A DNA stretch of 64,000 nt from Actinomycetota bacterium. GTDB taxonomy: Bacteria > Actinomycetota > Thermoleophilia > Gaiellales > Gaiellaceae. Where the stretch lies: NCBI GenBank assembly GCA_039648875.1, contig JBBWZD010000131.1:23570-87569 (forward strand), written 5' to 3'. The notes beneath the pieces are model-generated. The model was not told the origin of the DNA. It saw only the letters and a program-made list of their open reading frames with translations, and ran no database searches. Below, piece by piece: positions 35,255-45,123 of the stretch. The first letter of the stretch is position 1, and the number at the start of each line of letters is the position of its first letter. The translations under genes were made by a program, and so were the position numbers.

Positions 35255-37114
35255 GTGGCCGCCGTCCCGCCTGCTTCGGAGCGGCGCCGACCGCGGCCGG
35301 GCTCGCTCGAGCGGCCGGTGAACGCGCGGCTCTACCGCGGCACGTGGCTGCTCGTGGGTCTGCCGCTGCTGGTCCTCGCGTTCAGCGTCGCACGTCCCGC
35401 GGCGCTCCAGCCACCGACCCTGCCGCCCGCCTTCGACCGCGACGCCGCGATCGCGGTCGCGCGCGATCTCGCGGTGAACCACCCGAGCCGGCTGCCCGGG
35501 ACGGCCGAGGCCAGTGGAGCCGCCCGCTGGTTCGTGGCCCAGCTGCAGCCCTACGGGTACATCGTCCGCAGGGAGCGCTTCTCGGTCGTCGTGCCAGGGC
35601 GGGGGCGACTGCAGCTCCAGAACCTCGTCGCCGCCAAGCCGGGTCTCTCTCGGAAGACGATCGTCGTCATGGCGCACCGGGACGACGTCGGCAGCGGCTC
35701 GGGCGCGAACGACAACGCCTCCGGCACCGCGGCCCTGATCGAGCTGGCCCGCACCTACGCTCCCGCCGCCGGCGCGGCGCACCTCAACCTGCCGTACTCG
35801 CTCCTCTTCGTCTCGACCGACGGCGCGGTCTACGGCAACCTCGGCGCCGCGGAGTTCGCGGCGCACGCGCCCGAACGTGGAAACGTGGTCGCCGCCGTGA
35901 ACCTCGACACGGTCGCCGGCGCCGCGCGGCCGCGCCTGGAGCTGGGCGGCGACACCCCGCGCTCGCCGTCGGCCGGTCTCGTCGAGACGATCCGCTCCGC
36001 GCTCGCCCGCGAGAGCGGCGCCGACCCGGTGCGCGCCAGCGGGCTGCGGCAGCTCGTCGACCTCGGCTTCCCGTTCGGCCTGTACGAGCAGGCGCCGCTC
36101 GTCACGCGCGGCATCCCGGCCGTGACCGTGACGACCGCGCCCGACCGGACGCCGCCCGGCTTCGGCGACACGCCGGAACAGCTGCAGCTCGGACGGCTCG
36201 GTCAGATCGGCCGTGCGACGCAGAACGCGCTCGACGCGCTCGAGCAGGGAGTGGCGCTGCCGCCGGGGCCCTCGAGCTACGTCTATCTCGGCAGCCGCGT
36301 CGTCCGCGGCTGGGCGATCGAGCTCGTGCTCGTGGCGGGACTGCTGCCGTTCCTCGTTGCCGCGGTCGACCTCTTCGCGCGCTGCCGCCGGCGGCACATC
36401 CGGATCGCGCCGGGGCTGCGAAGCTACAGGAGCCGGCTCGCCTTCTGGCTCTGGTGCGGAGCGCTCTTCGGCGTCTTCGCGCTGGCGGGCTTCTGGCCGG
36501 ACGGTGCCGCGCGGCCGCCCTCGCTCGAGAGCGTGCAGTGGCCCGCGACGAGCCTGCTGGCGCTCGCGGCGCTCGCGGCCGTCGGCTGGCTCGTCGCCCG
36601 GGACCGACTGCTCCCCCGACGGCCGCCCGCGCCGGAGGAGCTGCTCGCCGGCCACACCGCGGCGTTCCTCGCGCTCGCCGTGGTCGGGCTCCTCACCGCG
36701 GCCACGAACCCCTTCGCGCTCGTCTTCCTCCTGCCCTCGCTCCACGCGTGGCTCTGGCTCCCCCAGCTTCGAGCGCGGCCGTTCTGGCTGCGCGCCGTGG
36801 TGCTGGCGAGCGGCTTCGCCGGGGTCGCGCTGCTCGTCTGGTCGTTCGCGGGCCGCTACGGCCTGGGCTGGGACGCGCCCTGGTACATCGCCTGGCTCTA
36901 TGCGCTCGGCTACGCGCCCCTTCCCGGCTTCGCGGTCGCGCTCGGCTGGGCGGCCGCCGCCGGCCAGCTCGCGGCGCTCACCGCCGGGCGCTACGCCCCG
37001 TATCCCGACGTCGCGGAGCGCCCGCCGCGCGGGCCTGTCCGCAGGTCGGTGCGCCGGCTCGTGCTCGCCCGGCGCCGTCGGGCGGCGGAGCCCCGCCGCG
37101 CAGCCCAGGCCTGA
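35255..37114 (+). CDS. M28-family aminopeptidase domain fused to a C-terminal polytopic membrane domain
   Basis: N-terminal TM, then VVMAHRDDV and GANDNASGTAALIELAR (M28 zinc-ligand context), then about 8 hydrophobic helices from ~aa 340. The start is uncertain. Confidence 0.7.
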   Translation: MAAVPPASERRRPRPGSLERPVNARLYRGTWLLVGLPLLVLAFSVARPAALQPPTLPPAFDRDAAIAVARDLAVNHPSRLPGTAEASGAARWFVAQLQPYGYIVRRERFSVVVPGRGRLQLQNLVAAKPGLSRKTIVVMAHRDDVGSGSGANDNASGTAALIELARTYAPAAGAAHLNLPYSLLFVSTDGAVYGNLGAAEFAAHAPERGNVVAAVNLDTVAGAARPRLELGGDTPRSPSAGLVETIRSALARESGADPVRASGLRQLVDLGFPFGLYEQAPLVTRGIPAVTVTTAPDRTPPGFGDTPEQLQLGRLGQIGRATQNALDALEQGVALPPGPSSYVYLGSRVVRGWAIELVLVAGLLPFLVAAVDLFARCRRRHIRIAPGLRSYRSRLAFWLWCGALFGVFALAGFWPDGAARPPSLESVQWPATSLLALAALAAVGWLVARDRLLPRRPPAPEELLAGHTAAFLALAVVGLLTAATNPFALVFLLPSLHAWLWLPQLRARPFWLRAVVLASGFAGVALLVWSFAGRYGLGWDAPWYIAWLYALGYAPLPGFAVALGWAAAAGQLAALTAGRYAPYPDVAERPPRGPVRRSVRRLVLARRRRAAEPRRAAQA

Positions 37115-37134
37115 CACCGCCCCCCGGTAGCCCG

Positions 37135-38337
37135 TCAGCAGGCGTCGAGCCGGAGCCACGCCGCGAGCGCGCCCGCGGCCAGCTCCCCGTCGCCGCGCGG
37201 CACGTGCACGAGCGCGTCGGCAGCGGCGGCGCGAACGATCATGTGCGACTCCTGCCCGGGCAGCGGCTCGAGGAGCACCCCGTCCGGCCCCGGCCGCAGG
37301 CGAGCCCGCACGAGCTCGTCGCGTGCGGGATTGCGCCGCAACGGCGCCGCGAGGCGTCCCCGCTCGAAGCGAGGCAGCGGGTCGCGCTCGCCCTGCAGCG
37401 CCCGCAGGGCAGGCTTGACGAACAGCTCGCACCCGACGAGCGACGACACCGGGTTCCCCGGCAGACCGAAGACGAGCGTCTCCCCGCACACGCCGAACGC
37501 GACCGGCTTCCCGGGCTTGACCGCGACCTGCCAGAAGACCTCCTCGACGCCGAGCTCGGCCTCGATGCGGCGCACCAGATCGTGCGGGCCGACGGAGACG
37601 CCGCCGGAGGTGACGAGCACGTCCGCCCGGAGGCCGCGCTCGAGCGCCTCGCGATGCGCCGACTCGTCGTCGGCCACCACCGGCAGCCTCTCGACGACGG
37701 CGCCCGCGGCGGCGAGCGAGGTCGCGAGCATGAGCCCGTTCGCCTCGTACACCTGTCCGGGCTCGAGCGGCCAGCCCGGACGCGCGAGCTCGCTGCCGGT
37801 GGCGAGTACCGCGACCCGGGGCCGCGGCCCACACTCGACCTCGGCGGCGCCGGCGGCGCCGAGGGCGCCGAGCTGCACCGCGCCCAGCCGGACTCCCGCC
37901 TCGACCACCACCACGCCCGCAGCCACGTCGCCGCCTCTCGGCCGTACGTGCGCGCCCGCGGCCAGCGCCTCCGCCACCTCGATCGTCTCGTTGTCATGTA
38001 TGACAACATACTCGACGGGGACGACGGCGTCTGCACCCTGCGGCACGACGCCGCCGGTCGCGACGCCCATGGCCTCGCCGGGCGCGAGCGGCCGCTCGGC
38101 CGGGCTCCCCGCCGCGACGTGCCCGACGACCGGCAACGTGCCCGGCACGTCGGCGGCCCGGACGGCGTAGCCGTCCATCGCGGAGCTCGGGAACGGCGGC
38201 AGGTCGACGGCCGCACACGCGGCGACCGCGGTTACCCGCCCGGCCGCCCGCTCGAGCAGCACGGTCTCGGGCGCGCGCGCGCGCACGCTCGCGAGCACCC
38301 GCTCCTGCGCCTCCTCCACGGTGAGTAGCCGGCCCAC
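37135..38337 (-). CDS. moeA: Molybdopterin molybdotransferase MoeA
   Basis: SSAMDGYAV, ATGSEL, VLVTSGGVSVGPHD, VAVKPGKP, GLPGNPVS. GTG 38337 is preferred over ATG 38376, which would overlap the divergent kinase start. Confidence 0.85.
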   Translation of the reverse strand: MGRLLTVEEAQERVLASVRARAPETVLLERAAGRVTAVAACAAVDLPPFPSSAMDGYAVRAADVPGTLPVVGHVAAGSPAERPLAPGEAMGVATGGVVPQGADAVVPVEYVVIHDNETIEVAEALAAGAHVRPRGGDVAAGVVVVEAGVRLGAVQLGALGAAGAAEVECGPRPRVAVLATGSELARPGWPLEPGQVYEANGLMLATSLAAAGAVVERLPVVADDESAHREALERGLRADVLVTSGGVSVGPHDLVRRIEAELGVEEVFWQVAVKPGKPVAFGVCGETLVFGLPGNPVSSLVGCELFVKPALRALQGERDPLPRFERGRLAAPLRRNPARDELVRARLRPGPDGVLLEPLPGQESHMIVRAAAADALVHVPRGDGELAAGALAAWLRLDAC

Positions 38338-38347
38338 GCTCAGCGCG

Positions 38348-38353
38348 TACCGT
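38348..38353 (+). promoter_or_regulatory. -10-like TACCGT ending exactly 7 nt before the kinase ATG
   Basis: TANNNT motif and spacing only, in a 22-nt divergent spacer. Confidence 0.4.
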
Positions 38354-38359
38354 ATCTCG

Positions 38360-39619
38360 ATGCCCGAAGCCGTCATCGCCGGCAGGTATCGCCTCGGCGA
38401 CCTGCTCGGGCGAGGGGGGATGTCGGAGGTCTGGTCGGCGACCGACGCGGAGCTCGGCCGCAGGGTCGCGCTGAAGCTGCTGGCTCCGCACGCCGACACC
38501 GGCCGCTTCGAGCGTGAGGCACGAGCGGTGGCCTCTCTCGCGCACCCGAACGTGACGCAGCTCTACGACTACGGGTCGGCAGAGGGAAGGCCCTTCATGG
38601 TGCTCGAGTACCTGCCGGGCGGCACCCTCGAAGACCGGCTGCGCCCGGGCGCGCCGTTGTCCGACTCCGAGACGGAGCGGGTGGCGCGCGAGATCGCCGC
38701 CGGGCTCGCGCACGCGCACGAGCGCGGGGTCGTGCACCGCGACCTCAAGCCGGCGAACGTGCTCTTCGACGAGGAGGGCCGGGCGAAGCTCGCCGACTTC
38801 GGGATCGCGAGGCTGACCACGGGCGAGGGAACGCTGACGGAGGCGGGCACCGTGCTCGGCACGGCCGCCTACATCTCGCCGGAGCAGGCCGGCGGCGCGC
38901 CTGCGACCGCCGCGAGCGACGTCTACTCGTTCGGCGTGATGCTCTACCGGATGCTGGCGGGGCGGCTGCCGTTCGAGTCGAGCGATCCGATGGAGCTCGT
39001 GCGGCTGCACCGCGACGACGAGCCGCCCCCGCTGCGCCGGTTCAGAGGCGACGCGCCAGCCCGGCTGGAGGCGACGGCCGCCGTCGCCCTGGCGAAGGAC
39101 CCTGCCGCGCGGCCGCGCGACGGGAGCGCGCTCCTCGCGCACCTCGGCGCGGCTGCAGGCGTCGATCTCACCGCTGCGACGGCGGTGCTTCCCCGGCCGG
39201 ACGCGGTGACGCGGGTCCTGCCCGCCGGCGGCCGGCCGCACGCCCCGCGCGCCGGCGGGCCGCCCCCGCCCCCGCGCAACCACCTGGCGCTCGCTCTCGC
39301 CGCCCTGCTCGTCCTCGCCGTCGCCGGCGCCGCCGTCGCGTATGCGCTGACGCGACCCTCCCGCAGCGGCACGACCACGAGCACCGTGCGACTGCCGAGC
39401 GTGCCCGCCTCGCGACCGTCGCTCACCTCCACGCCGTCGACGACGGCACCGACGACCGCGGCGCAGACGACGCAGCGCACGACGGCACCCGCGCCCACGA
39501 CGCGGCAGACCACCGCGCCGACCACGGCGCCCTCCCCGCCTCTGCCGCTGCCCACGACGACGCTCCCGCTCAGCACGCCGACGACGGTGCCGACGATCCT
39601 GCCGACGACGACTCCCTGA
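38360..39619 (+). CDS. Hanks-type Ser/Thr protein kinase, single TM, Thr/Pro-rich extracytoplasmic tail
   Basis: GRGGMSEVW, VALK, HRDLKPANV, DFGIA, SPEQ. TM LALALAALLVLAVAGAAVAYAL. The tail has no PASTA-like domain. Confidence 0.85.
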   Translation: MPEAVIAGRYRLGDLLGRGGMSEVWSATDAELGRRVALKLLAPHADTGRFEREARAVASLAHPNVTQLYDYGSAEGRPFMVLEYLPGGTLEDRLRPGAPLSDSETERVAREIAAGLAHAHERGVVHRDLKPANVLFDEEGRAKLADFGIARLTTGEGTLTEAGTVLGTAAYISPEQAGGAPATAASDVYSFGVMLYRMLAGRLPFESSDPMELVRLHRDDEPPPLRRFRGDAPARLEATAAVALAKDPAARPRDGSALLAHLGAAAGVDLTAATAVLPRPDAVTRVLPAGGRPHAPRAGGPPPPPRNHLALALAALLVLAVAGAAVAYALTRPSRSGTTTSTVRLPSVPASRPSLTSTPSTTAPTTAAQTTQRTTAPAPTTRQTTAPTTAPSPPLPLPTTTLPLSTPTTVPTILPTTTP

Positions 39620-39626
39620 GAAAGGG

Positions 39627-41639
39627 CTACGGCTGCGGCGGCGTCGTGGTCGTGGTCGTCGCCGCCGAGCTGTCCGACGCAGAGCCCGCCGAGCCGCCGT
39701 ACTGGTACCGGCCGTGCCACGACGTCCAGACGGGCTGTGCCGTGGGCTCGGGGAACGGCACGTCCGGCCGGCCGGCGCTCGCCGCCTCCATGAACACGTG
39801 CCAGATCTGCGCGGGGAAGGTCGGGCCGGAGACCGCGATTCCGTGCACGTCGAGCATCGGGATCTCGCCGCCCGGATACCCGATCCAGACGGTCGACTCC
39901 AGCCGGGGGGTGTAGCCGGAGAACCAGGCGTCAGCGTAGTTGTCGGTCGTCCCGGTCTTGCCGGCGTCGGTGCGGCCGTACACGTGCGCGGCGACTCCCG
40001 TGCCATAGCGCATGTTCTCCTCGAGCACGCGCGTCACCGTCGACGCCACCCAGTCGGGGACGACCCGCTTGCGCTCGGGCTCGCCCCAGCCGGCGTCGGT
40101 GTCGACGCTGCCGTTGGGCAGAACGACCCTCGTGATCGCCGTCGGCCGCGAGTAGACGCCGCCTGCCGCGAGCGTGGCATAAGCGGATGCCTCGTCGAGC
40201 GGCGTCACCCCCACGGTCCCGAGCGCGAGCGACGGCACCGCCTGCAACGGCGAGCGCACGCCCAGCTTCTGCGCCATCGAGACGATGGCGTCGGGGCCCA
40301 CGTCGAGCGCCAGGCGGGCGTAGACCGTGTTGTCGGAGTGGAGCGTCGCGTTCGCCACCGAGATCACGCCCGAGTACCTGTGGTCGTACGTCGCGACGTC
40401 CCACGCGTCCGGCGCATCGTGGAACGGGGCGGAGAGGTAGGAGATCGCGAAGGGGTCCATCCCCTGCGCCACCGCCGCAGCGAGGGCGATCGTCTTGAAC
40501 GTCGAGCCCGGCTGCCGCCGCGCGCTCGTGGCGAAGTTGAACTCGTTGCCGGCCCGGCCGGGCGTCACCGCCGTCATCGCCCGGATCGCGCCCGTGCGCG
40601 GATCGATCGACACGACCGCCGCAGCCGGGTCCGCCCGGCTTGGGAGCACGTGCTCGATGGCGCCCTCGGCCGCCCGCTGCAGCCCGGGGTCGATCGTCGT
40701 GTGCACCCTCAGGCCGCCGGAGCGGACGGTGTTCGCGCCGTACGCCTGCAGCAGCAGCTCCTCGACGTAGCCGAAGAAGTACGGCTCGCGGATGCGTGTG
40801 TAGCGGCTGCCGGGACGCAGGTGCAGCGTACGGTCTGCCCTCGCCTCGAGATATGCCCGGCGGCCGATGTCGTGGTTCACGAGCATCGCGTGCAGCACGT
40901 CGTCCCGCCGGCCCAGCGCCTGCCGCGGGCGGTGGAAGGGGTCGTAGGCGGACGGCGCCTGCGGCAGCCCGGCGAGCAGCGCCGCCTGCCGCAGGCCGAG
41001 CTTCGCAGCCGGCAGCGAGAAGTACGTCTCGGCTGCCGCCTCGATGCCGTAGGCGTGGTTGCCGAAGTAGACCTCGTTCATGTAGGCCGTCAGGATCCGC
41101 TGCTTCGACCACTGCCGGGAGAGCTTGATCGCGAGGCACGCCTCGGTCACCTTGCGCTTGAACGTGCGCTCCCGCGAGAGGTACAGGTTGCGCACGAGCT
41201 CCTGGGTGATGGTGGAGCCGCCCTGCACGAGCTTCCCCGCCCGGACGTCTGCGACGACCGCGCGGGCGATGCCGAGCGGGTCGACGCCGCCGTGGCGGTA
41301 GAAGCGGCGATCCTCGATCGCCACCGTCGCACTCGGAACCCACGAGCTGATCGCGCGGCGACCGACCGGCGTGCGATTCCGCTCGGCCGGGATCGCCCCG
41401 AGCAGCGAGCCGTCGGCGGCGTAGACGAACGAGTTCTGGCCGACCGCGACGGGTCGGAGGCTTCGCAGGTCGCAGCTCGAGCCGAATGCAACCGTGCCGC
41501 CGACCGTCGCGCCGGCGAGCACCACCGCCGGCACGAGCACGGCGAGGACGAGCAGGAGCACCTGCCGACGTCCTCTCCGCCGCACCTTGGCGCGCCGCTG
41601 TCGCCGGCGCCGCCCCTCCGGAGCGCGCGACCGGCTCAC
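39627..41639 (-). CDS. Class A penicillin-binding protein (GT51 transglycosylase + transpeptidase)
   Basis: [42 protein letters not shown] start in a GTGA overlap with the mscS stop. Confidence 0.85.
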   Translation of the reverse strand: MSRSRAPEGRRRRQRRAKVRRRGRRQVLLLVLAVLVPAVVLAGATVGGTVAFGSSCDLRSLRPVAVGQNSFVYAADGSLLGAIPAERNRTPVGRRAISSWVPSATVAIEDRRFYRHGGVDPLGIARAVVADVRAGKLVQGGSTITQELVRNLYLSRERTFKRKVTEACLAIKLSRQWSKQRILTAYMNEVYFGNHAYGIEAAAETYFSLPAAKLGLRQAALLAGLPQAPSAYDPFHRPRQALGRRDDVLHAMLVNHDIGRRAYLEARADRTLHLRPGSRYTRIREPYFFGYVEELLLQAYGANTVRSGGLRVHTTIDPGLQRAAEGAIEHVLPSRADPAAAVVSIDPRTGAIRAMTAVTPGRAGNEFNFATSARRQPGSTFKTIALAAAVAQGMDPFAISYLSAPFHDAPDAWDVATYDHRYSGVISVANATLHSDNTVYARLALDVGPDAIVSMAQKLGVRSPLQAVPSLALGTVGVTPLDEASAYATLAAGGVYSRPTAITRVVLPNGSVDTDAGWGEPERKRVVPDWVASTVTRVLEENMRYGTGVAAHVYGRTDAGKTGTTDNYADAWFSGYTPRLESTVWIGYPGGEIPMLDVHGIAVSGPTFPAQIWHVFMEAASAGRPDVPFPEPTAQPVWTSWHGRYQYGGSAGSASDSSAATTTTTTPPQP

Positions 41640-42361
41640 TGCCAGACGTCCAGTGCCCGGAGCCGCTCGTGCGCACGCAGGCGCAGGTCGCCCTCGAGCC
41701 GGTGGGCCGCGTCCTCGTCGGGCGCGGGCGCGCGGATCGTCATGGTCGCGTTGCCGTCGAGCGCGCTGACGCACACGGACGCGGTGCGGTCGGCTGCCAG
41801 CTCGTCCCGCAGGGCGCCGAGGGCGGCGCCGAGATCGGCCGAGAGCGGAACCTGCACCGTGACCTCCGCCAGCCTCTCGCCGCTGCGAATCGTGGAGTTG
41901 CGGATGGTGTCGGACACCAGCTTCTCGTTCGGGACGACGATCCGGTCGCCGTCGGGAGCGCGAATCAGCGTGAACGTCAGCCCGATCTCCTCGACGATCC
42001 CCTGCTCGCCCTGGAAGGTGACGCGGTCGCCCAGCCGGATGGGCTGCGTGACGGCGATCAGGAGGCCGGCGACGAAGTTGCCGAGCGTGCGCTGCGAGGC
42101 GAAGCCGACGATCACGCCGACGACCGCGGAGGAGGCGAGCAGGCCGCCGGCCACCGCCCTCACCTGCGGGATCACGAGCAGCGCCGACAGGAGCCCGACG
42201 ACGAGGATCGAGACGCTGACGCTGCGGCGCAGCACCCGGTAGCGCGTCACGGCGTCGGGCGGCAGCGGGCGCCGCACGAGCCACCAGTCGACGAGCCGCG
42301 CGAGCAGCGAGACGGCGGCGAAGACAACCGCCGCGATGACGAGCCGGTGCCAGAAGGGCAT
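41636..42361 (-). CDS. Small MscS-family mechanosensitive channel
   Basis: [28 protein letters not shown], then a beta-domain ([22 protein letters not shown]). Confidence 0.8.
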   Translation of the reverse strand: MPFWHRLVIAAVVFAAVSLLARLVDWWLVRRPLPPDAVTRYRVLRRSVSVSILVVGLLSALLVIPQVRAVAGGLLASSAVVGVIVGFASQRTLGNFVAGLLIAVTQPIRLGDRVTFQGEQGIVEEIGLTFTLIRAPDGDRIVVPNEKLVSDTIRNSTIRSGERLAEVTVQVPLSADLGAALGALRDELAADRTASVCVSALDGNATMTIRAPAPDEDAAHRLEGDLRLRAHERLRALDVWQ

Positions 42362-42367
42362 CGGGCC

Positions 42368-42787
42368 CTAGTTCGACGGCGGGGGCTCGAACTCCTCAAG
42401 GGGGCGCCGGCCCGCGAACCCGTCCTCGACCCGGTGCCAGTAGCGGATCTCGTCCTCGCCGAGCTTCCAGCAGAGCAGCACCGTCTCGCCGCCGCGCCTG
42501 GCCGGGAAGTCGATCAGCCCCTCGTCGACGTCCTTCACCTCCGCGCCGTGCGCGCCGATGCGGTCGACCACGCGCGCAAGCTCGCGTGCCTCGCGCTCGA
42601 CCTCCGCGGCGGCGCTCGCGAGCGTCGCGGGGGGAATGCCGCCGCCGTTGCCCCGGATCCGCCCCTCGAGCTCCTCCTGCCGCTCCAGCGCGGCCACGTG
42701 GGCACGGCGGTGCGCGACCATCTCCTCGACGAGCCCGCTCACCCGCCGGAGCGCCTCGTTCGCCTCGTCCGGGGTGAAGTGGCGCAT
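42368..42787 (-). CDS. DUF2203 family protein
   Basis: [16 protein letters not shown]..., [30 protein letters not shown]. Confidence 0.65.
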   Translation of the reverse strand: MRHFTPDEANEALRRVSGLVEEMVAHRRAHVAALERQEELEGRIRGNGGGIPPATLASAAAEVEREARELARVVDRIGAHGAEVKDVDEGLIDFPARRGGETVLLCWKLGEDEIRYWHRVEDGFAGRRPLEEFEPPPSN

Positions 42788-42807
42788 CGGTGCAACCCTA
42801 CGGGCGA

Positions 42808-43443
42808 ATGCGGCCGCCGGACCTCGAGGCAGTGACGATCGACGCGTTCGGCACCCTCGTCGAGCTACGCGACCCGGTGCCCGCGCTGCGTGACGCACTG
42901 GCGGCGCGAGGGGCGCCGCGGGGGGAAGCACAGGTGCGGCGCGCGTTCGCCGCAGAGGTGCAGTTCTACATGGAGCGTGCGCACGAGGGCCGGGACGAGG
43001 CGACGCTCGCGCTGCTGCGCCGCGACTGCGCGGCCGTGTTCCTGGCGGCGGCGGGCGCCGAGCTCGAGGCGGCGGAGTTCGCGGCGCCATTCGTGGGTGC
43101 GCTCTCCTTCGCCGAGCTCCCCGGCGCCGGGGACGCCTGTCGCGCCCTTGCCGCGGCCGGGCTGCGGCTCGCCGTCGTCTCGAACTGGGACGCCGGCCTG
43201 CGCGAGCACCTCGACCTGCTCGGGCTCGGCTCGCTCGTGGATGCGGTCGTCACCTCCGCCGAAGCGGGCGCCCCCAAGCCGGCGCCCCAGGTCTTCGAGC
43301 TGGCGCTCGCCCGGCTCGGCACGGCGCCCGAGCGCGCGGTGCACGTCGGCGATGCGCTCGCCGACGAGGAGGGCGCCCACGCCGCCGGCCTGCACTTCGA
43401 GCCGGCGCCGCTGGCCCGCGCCGCCCGGAGGATTCTGGCGTGA
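42808..43443 (+). CDS. HAD-superfamily hydrolase
   Basis: TIDAFGTLV (motif I, DxF/DxT type), VVSNWD (motif II), KP...VGD (motifs III/IV). ATG 42808 is preferred over GTG 42790. Confidence 0.7.
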   Translation: MRPPDLEAVTIDAFGTLVELRDPVPALRDALAARGAPRGEAQVRRAFAAEVQFYMERAHEGRDEATLALLRRDCAAVFLAAAGAELEAAEFAAPFVGALSFAELPGAGDACRALAAAGLRLAVVSNWDAGLREHLDLLGLGSLVDAVVTSAEAGAPKPAPQVFELALARLGTAPERAVHVGDALADEEGAHAAGLHFEPAPLARAARRILA

Positions 43444-44099
43444 GTCGCGGCAGGCTCGCCGCCTGGACGGGGCTGATCGTGCTGCTGTCGGCCGTGAACT
43501 ACGCCGCGCGCTTCCACGGCTCGTCCGGGTCGGGCCGTTCCGGCAACGAGGTCTACAGCTACGCCGCGTTCGCCGGCGGGCTCGTCGTCTATGCCTTCTG
43601 GCTCCTCGTCGTGCTGGCGATCGCCGGGCGGGACCGCGACCTGCTTGCGCTTCGCCGTCCCGCCTCCTGGGGCTGGGCGGCGGCGTGGGCGGGCGGCATC
43701 GCGGTCGCGATCGTCGCGTGGGAGCTCGTCGTCTCGACCCTGCCGATCCGGAATCCGGGCGACGAGCAGGGGCTCACGCCGAAGCACTGGGAGCCTGCGC
43801 ACGCGGGCGCGTTCGCGGCCAACCTGGTGCTCTTCGCCGTCGTGGCGCCGCTGGTCGAGGAGCTGACCTTCCGTGGCGTGGGCCAGTCGCTGCTCCGCTT
43901 CCTCGGTCGCTGGCCGGCGATCCTGCTCGTGGGCGTCGCGTTCGGAGCGGCGCACGGGCTCGTCGAGGCGCTCCTCGTGCTCGTGCCGTTCGGCGTCGCG
44001 CTCGCATGGCTCCGCGAGCGCACGCGCAGCGTGCTGCCCGGGATGATCGTGCACGGCGTCTTCAATGCGCTCGCGCTCGCCGCCGCCGTGCTCGGCTGA
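43440..44099 (+). CDS. CPBP-family intramembrane glutamic endopeptidase (CAAX protease/Abi family)
   Basis: VEELTFRGV, FGAAHG, HGVFNAL. Polytopic. GTGA overlap with the HAD stop. Confidence 0.8.
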   Translation: MSRGRLAAWTGLIVLLSAVNYAARFHGSSGSGRSGNEVYSYAAFAGGLVVYAFWLLVVLAIAGRDRDLLALRRPASWGWAAAWAGGIAVAIVAWELVVSTLPIRNPGDEQGLTPKHWEPAHAGAFAANLVLFAVVAPLVEELTFRGVGQSLLRFLGRWPAILLVGVAFGAAHGLVEALLVLVPFGVALAWLRERTRSVLPGMIVHGVFNALALAAAVLG

Positions 44100-44108
44100 C
44101 GCGCCCCG

Positions 44109-44621
44109 CTACTCCTCCTCGTCGCCGTTCTCGACCGCGAACTGGTCGGGGGTGACCTCGTCGAGGAAGTTCTTGAACTTCGCCACCTCGGCCTCGAGCA
44201 CCTCCTCGTCGACGTCCTCGCCCTCGAACTCGATCGCCGACTCCTCGATGACGCGGTCGGCCGCGAAGATGGGCGCCTCCGCGCGGATCGCCAGCGCGAT
44301 GGCGTCGGAGGGGCGCGAGTCGACCTCGATCTCGCTCCCGTCCTGCGAGACGGTGATCTGCGCGTAGAACGTGTTCTCCCGCAGCTCGGTGACCGTGATC
44401 CGGATCACCTGTGCGCCCAGCTGCTCGAGCATGTCGCTCAGCAGGTCGTGCGTCATCGGCCGTGGCGGCGCCTGGCTCTGGAGCTTCATCAGGATCGCCG
44501 CCGCCTCCGGATGGCCGATCCAGATCGGCAGGAACTTGTTGCCGTCGGCCGTCTTGAGGAGCACGATCGGCTGCTTGCCGACCAGGTCGAAGCTGACCCC
44601 GTAGATGAGCATCTCGTGCAT
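44109..44621 (-). CDS. Bifunctional nuclease family protein (DUF151/BFN domain)
   Basis: LLKTADGNKFLPIWIGHPEAAAI, RPMTHDL, FYAQI, DSRPSDAIALA. Acidic C-terminus. Confidence 0.75.
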   Translation of the reverse strand: MHEMLIYGVSFDLVGKQPIVLLKTADGNKFLPIWIGHPEAAAILMKLQSQAPPRPMTHDLLSDMLEQLGAQVIRITVTELRENTFYAQITVSQDGSEIEVDSRPSDAIALAIRAEAPIFAADRVIEESAIEFEGEDVDEEVLEAEVAKFKNFLDEVTPDQFAVENGDEEE

Positions 44622-44723
44622 GAGCGCCTTCGGTCGTTCCCGACCTCCCGCCGAATATAGCTCAGGGCGTCGTCCGCAAAACTGCGCTGCACCCCCCGTA
44701 TCCGGCGGGTCGCGACACTCGTT

Positions 44724-44981
44724 ATGACCCGGATGGACGCACCCTGGCTCCAGGATCTCGAGTCGTTCGAGGCGATCTCCCAGAACGACGACGCGCGCAA
44801 GATCTTCCTGCGGATGGCCGCGATGTCGCACGCCGGCCGCACGCCGAGCCTCGTCGCCCAGATCGTGCACGACGACGACCTCGACGAGGACACGAAGGGC
44901 CACCTCACCGAGCTCGCGCAGGACCAGTCGTTCCTGTTCGCGGTCGAGGAGTACCTGCAGCGGACGCAGCGCGTCCACTGA
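44724..44981 (+). CDS. Small acidic hypothetical protein (85 aa)
   Basis: Strong third-position GC bias in this frame. No family recognised. Confidence 0.5.
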   Translation: MTRMDAPWLQDLESFEAISQNDDARKIFLRMAAMSHAGRTPSLVAQIVHDDDLDEDTKGHLTELAQDQSFLFAVEEYLQRTQRVH

Positions 44982-45001
44982 GAGAGCGAGCAGCCCGCCG
45001 C

Positions 45002-45007
45002 TACAAT
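45002..45007 (+). promoter_or_regulatory. -10-like TACAAT upstream of tRNA-Ile
   Basis: TANNNT hexamer ending 10 nt before the mature tRNA 5' end. Confidence 0.4.
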
Positions 45008-45017
45008 GCCCGCCCGC

Positions 45018-45091
<74 letters not shown>

Positions 45092-45123
45092 TTCCTCCCG
45101 CTTCGCCCGTTGCGGGCTGCGCC

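Noticed and set aside
39351-39616. ACG/CCG-rich repetitive-looking stretch, considered as a possible tandem repeat or array.
   Set aside because: There is no exact repeating unit. It is the in-frame Thr/Pro-rich low-complexity tail of the kinase.
43440-44621. A CPBP/Abi-family protease next to a DUF151 nuclease, considered as a possible abortive-infection or defence pair.
   Set aside because: The two genes are convergent and cannot be co-transcribed. Both families are broadly conserved housekeeping-type genes, and no other defence hallmark (ATPase, toxin-antitoxin, methylase) lies nearby.
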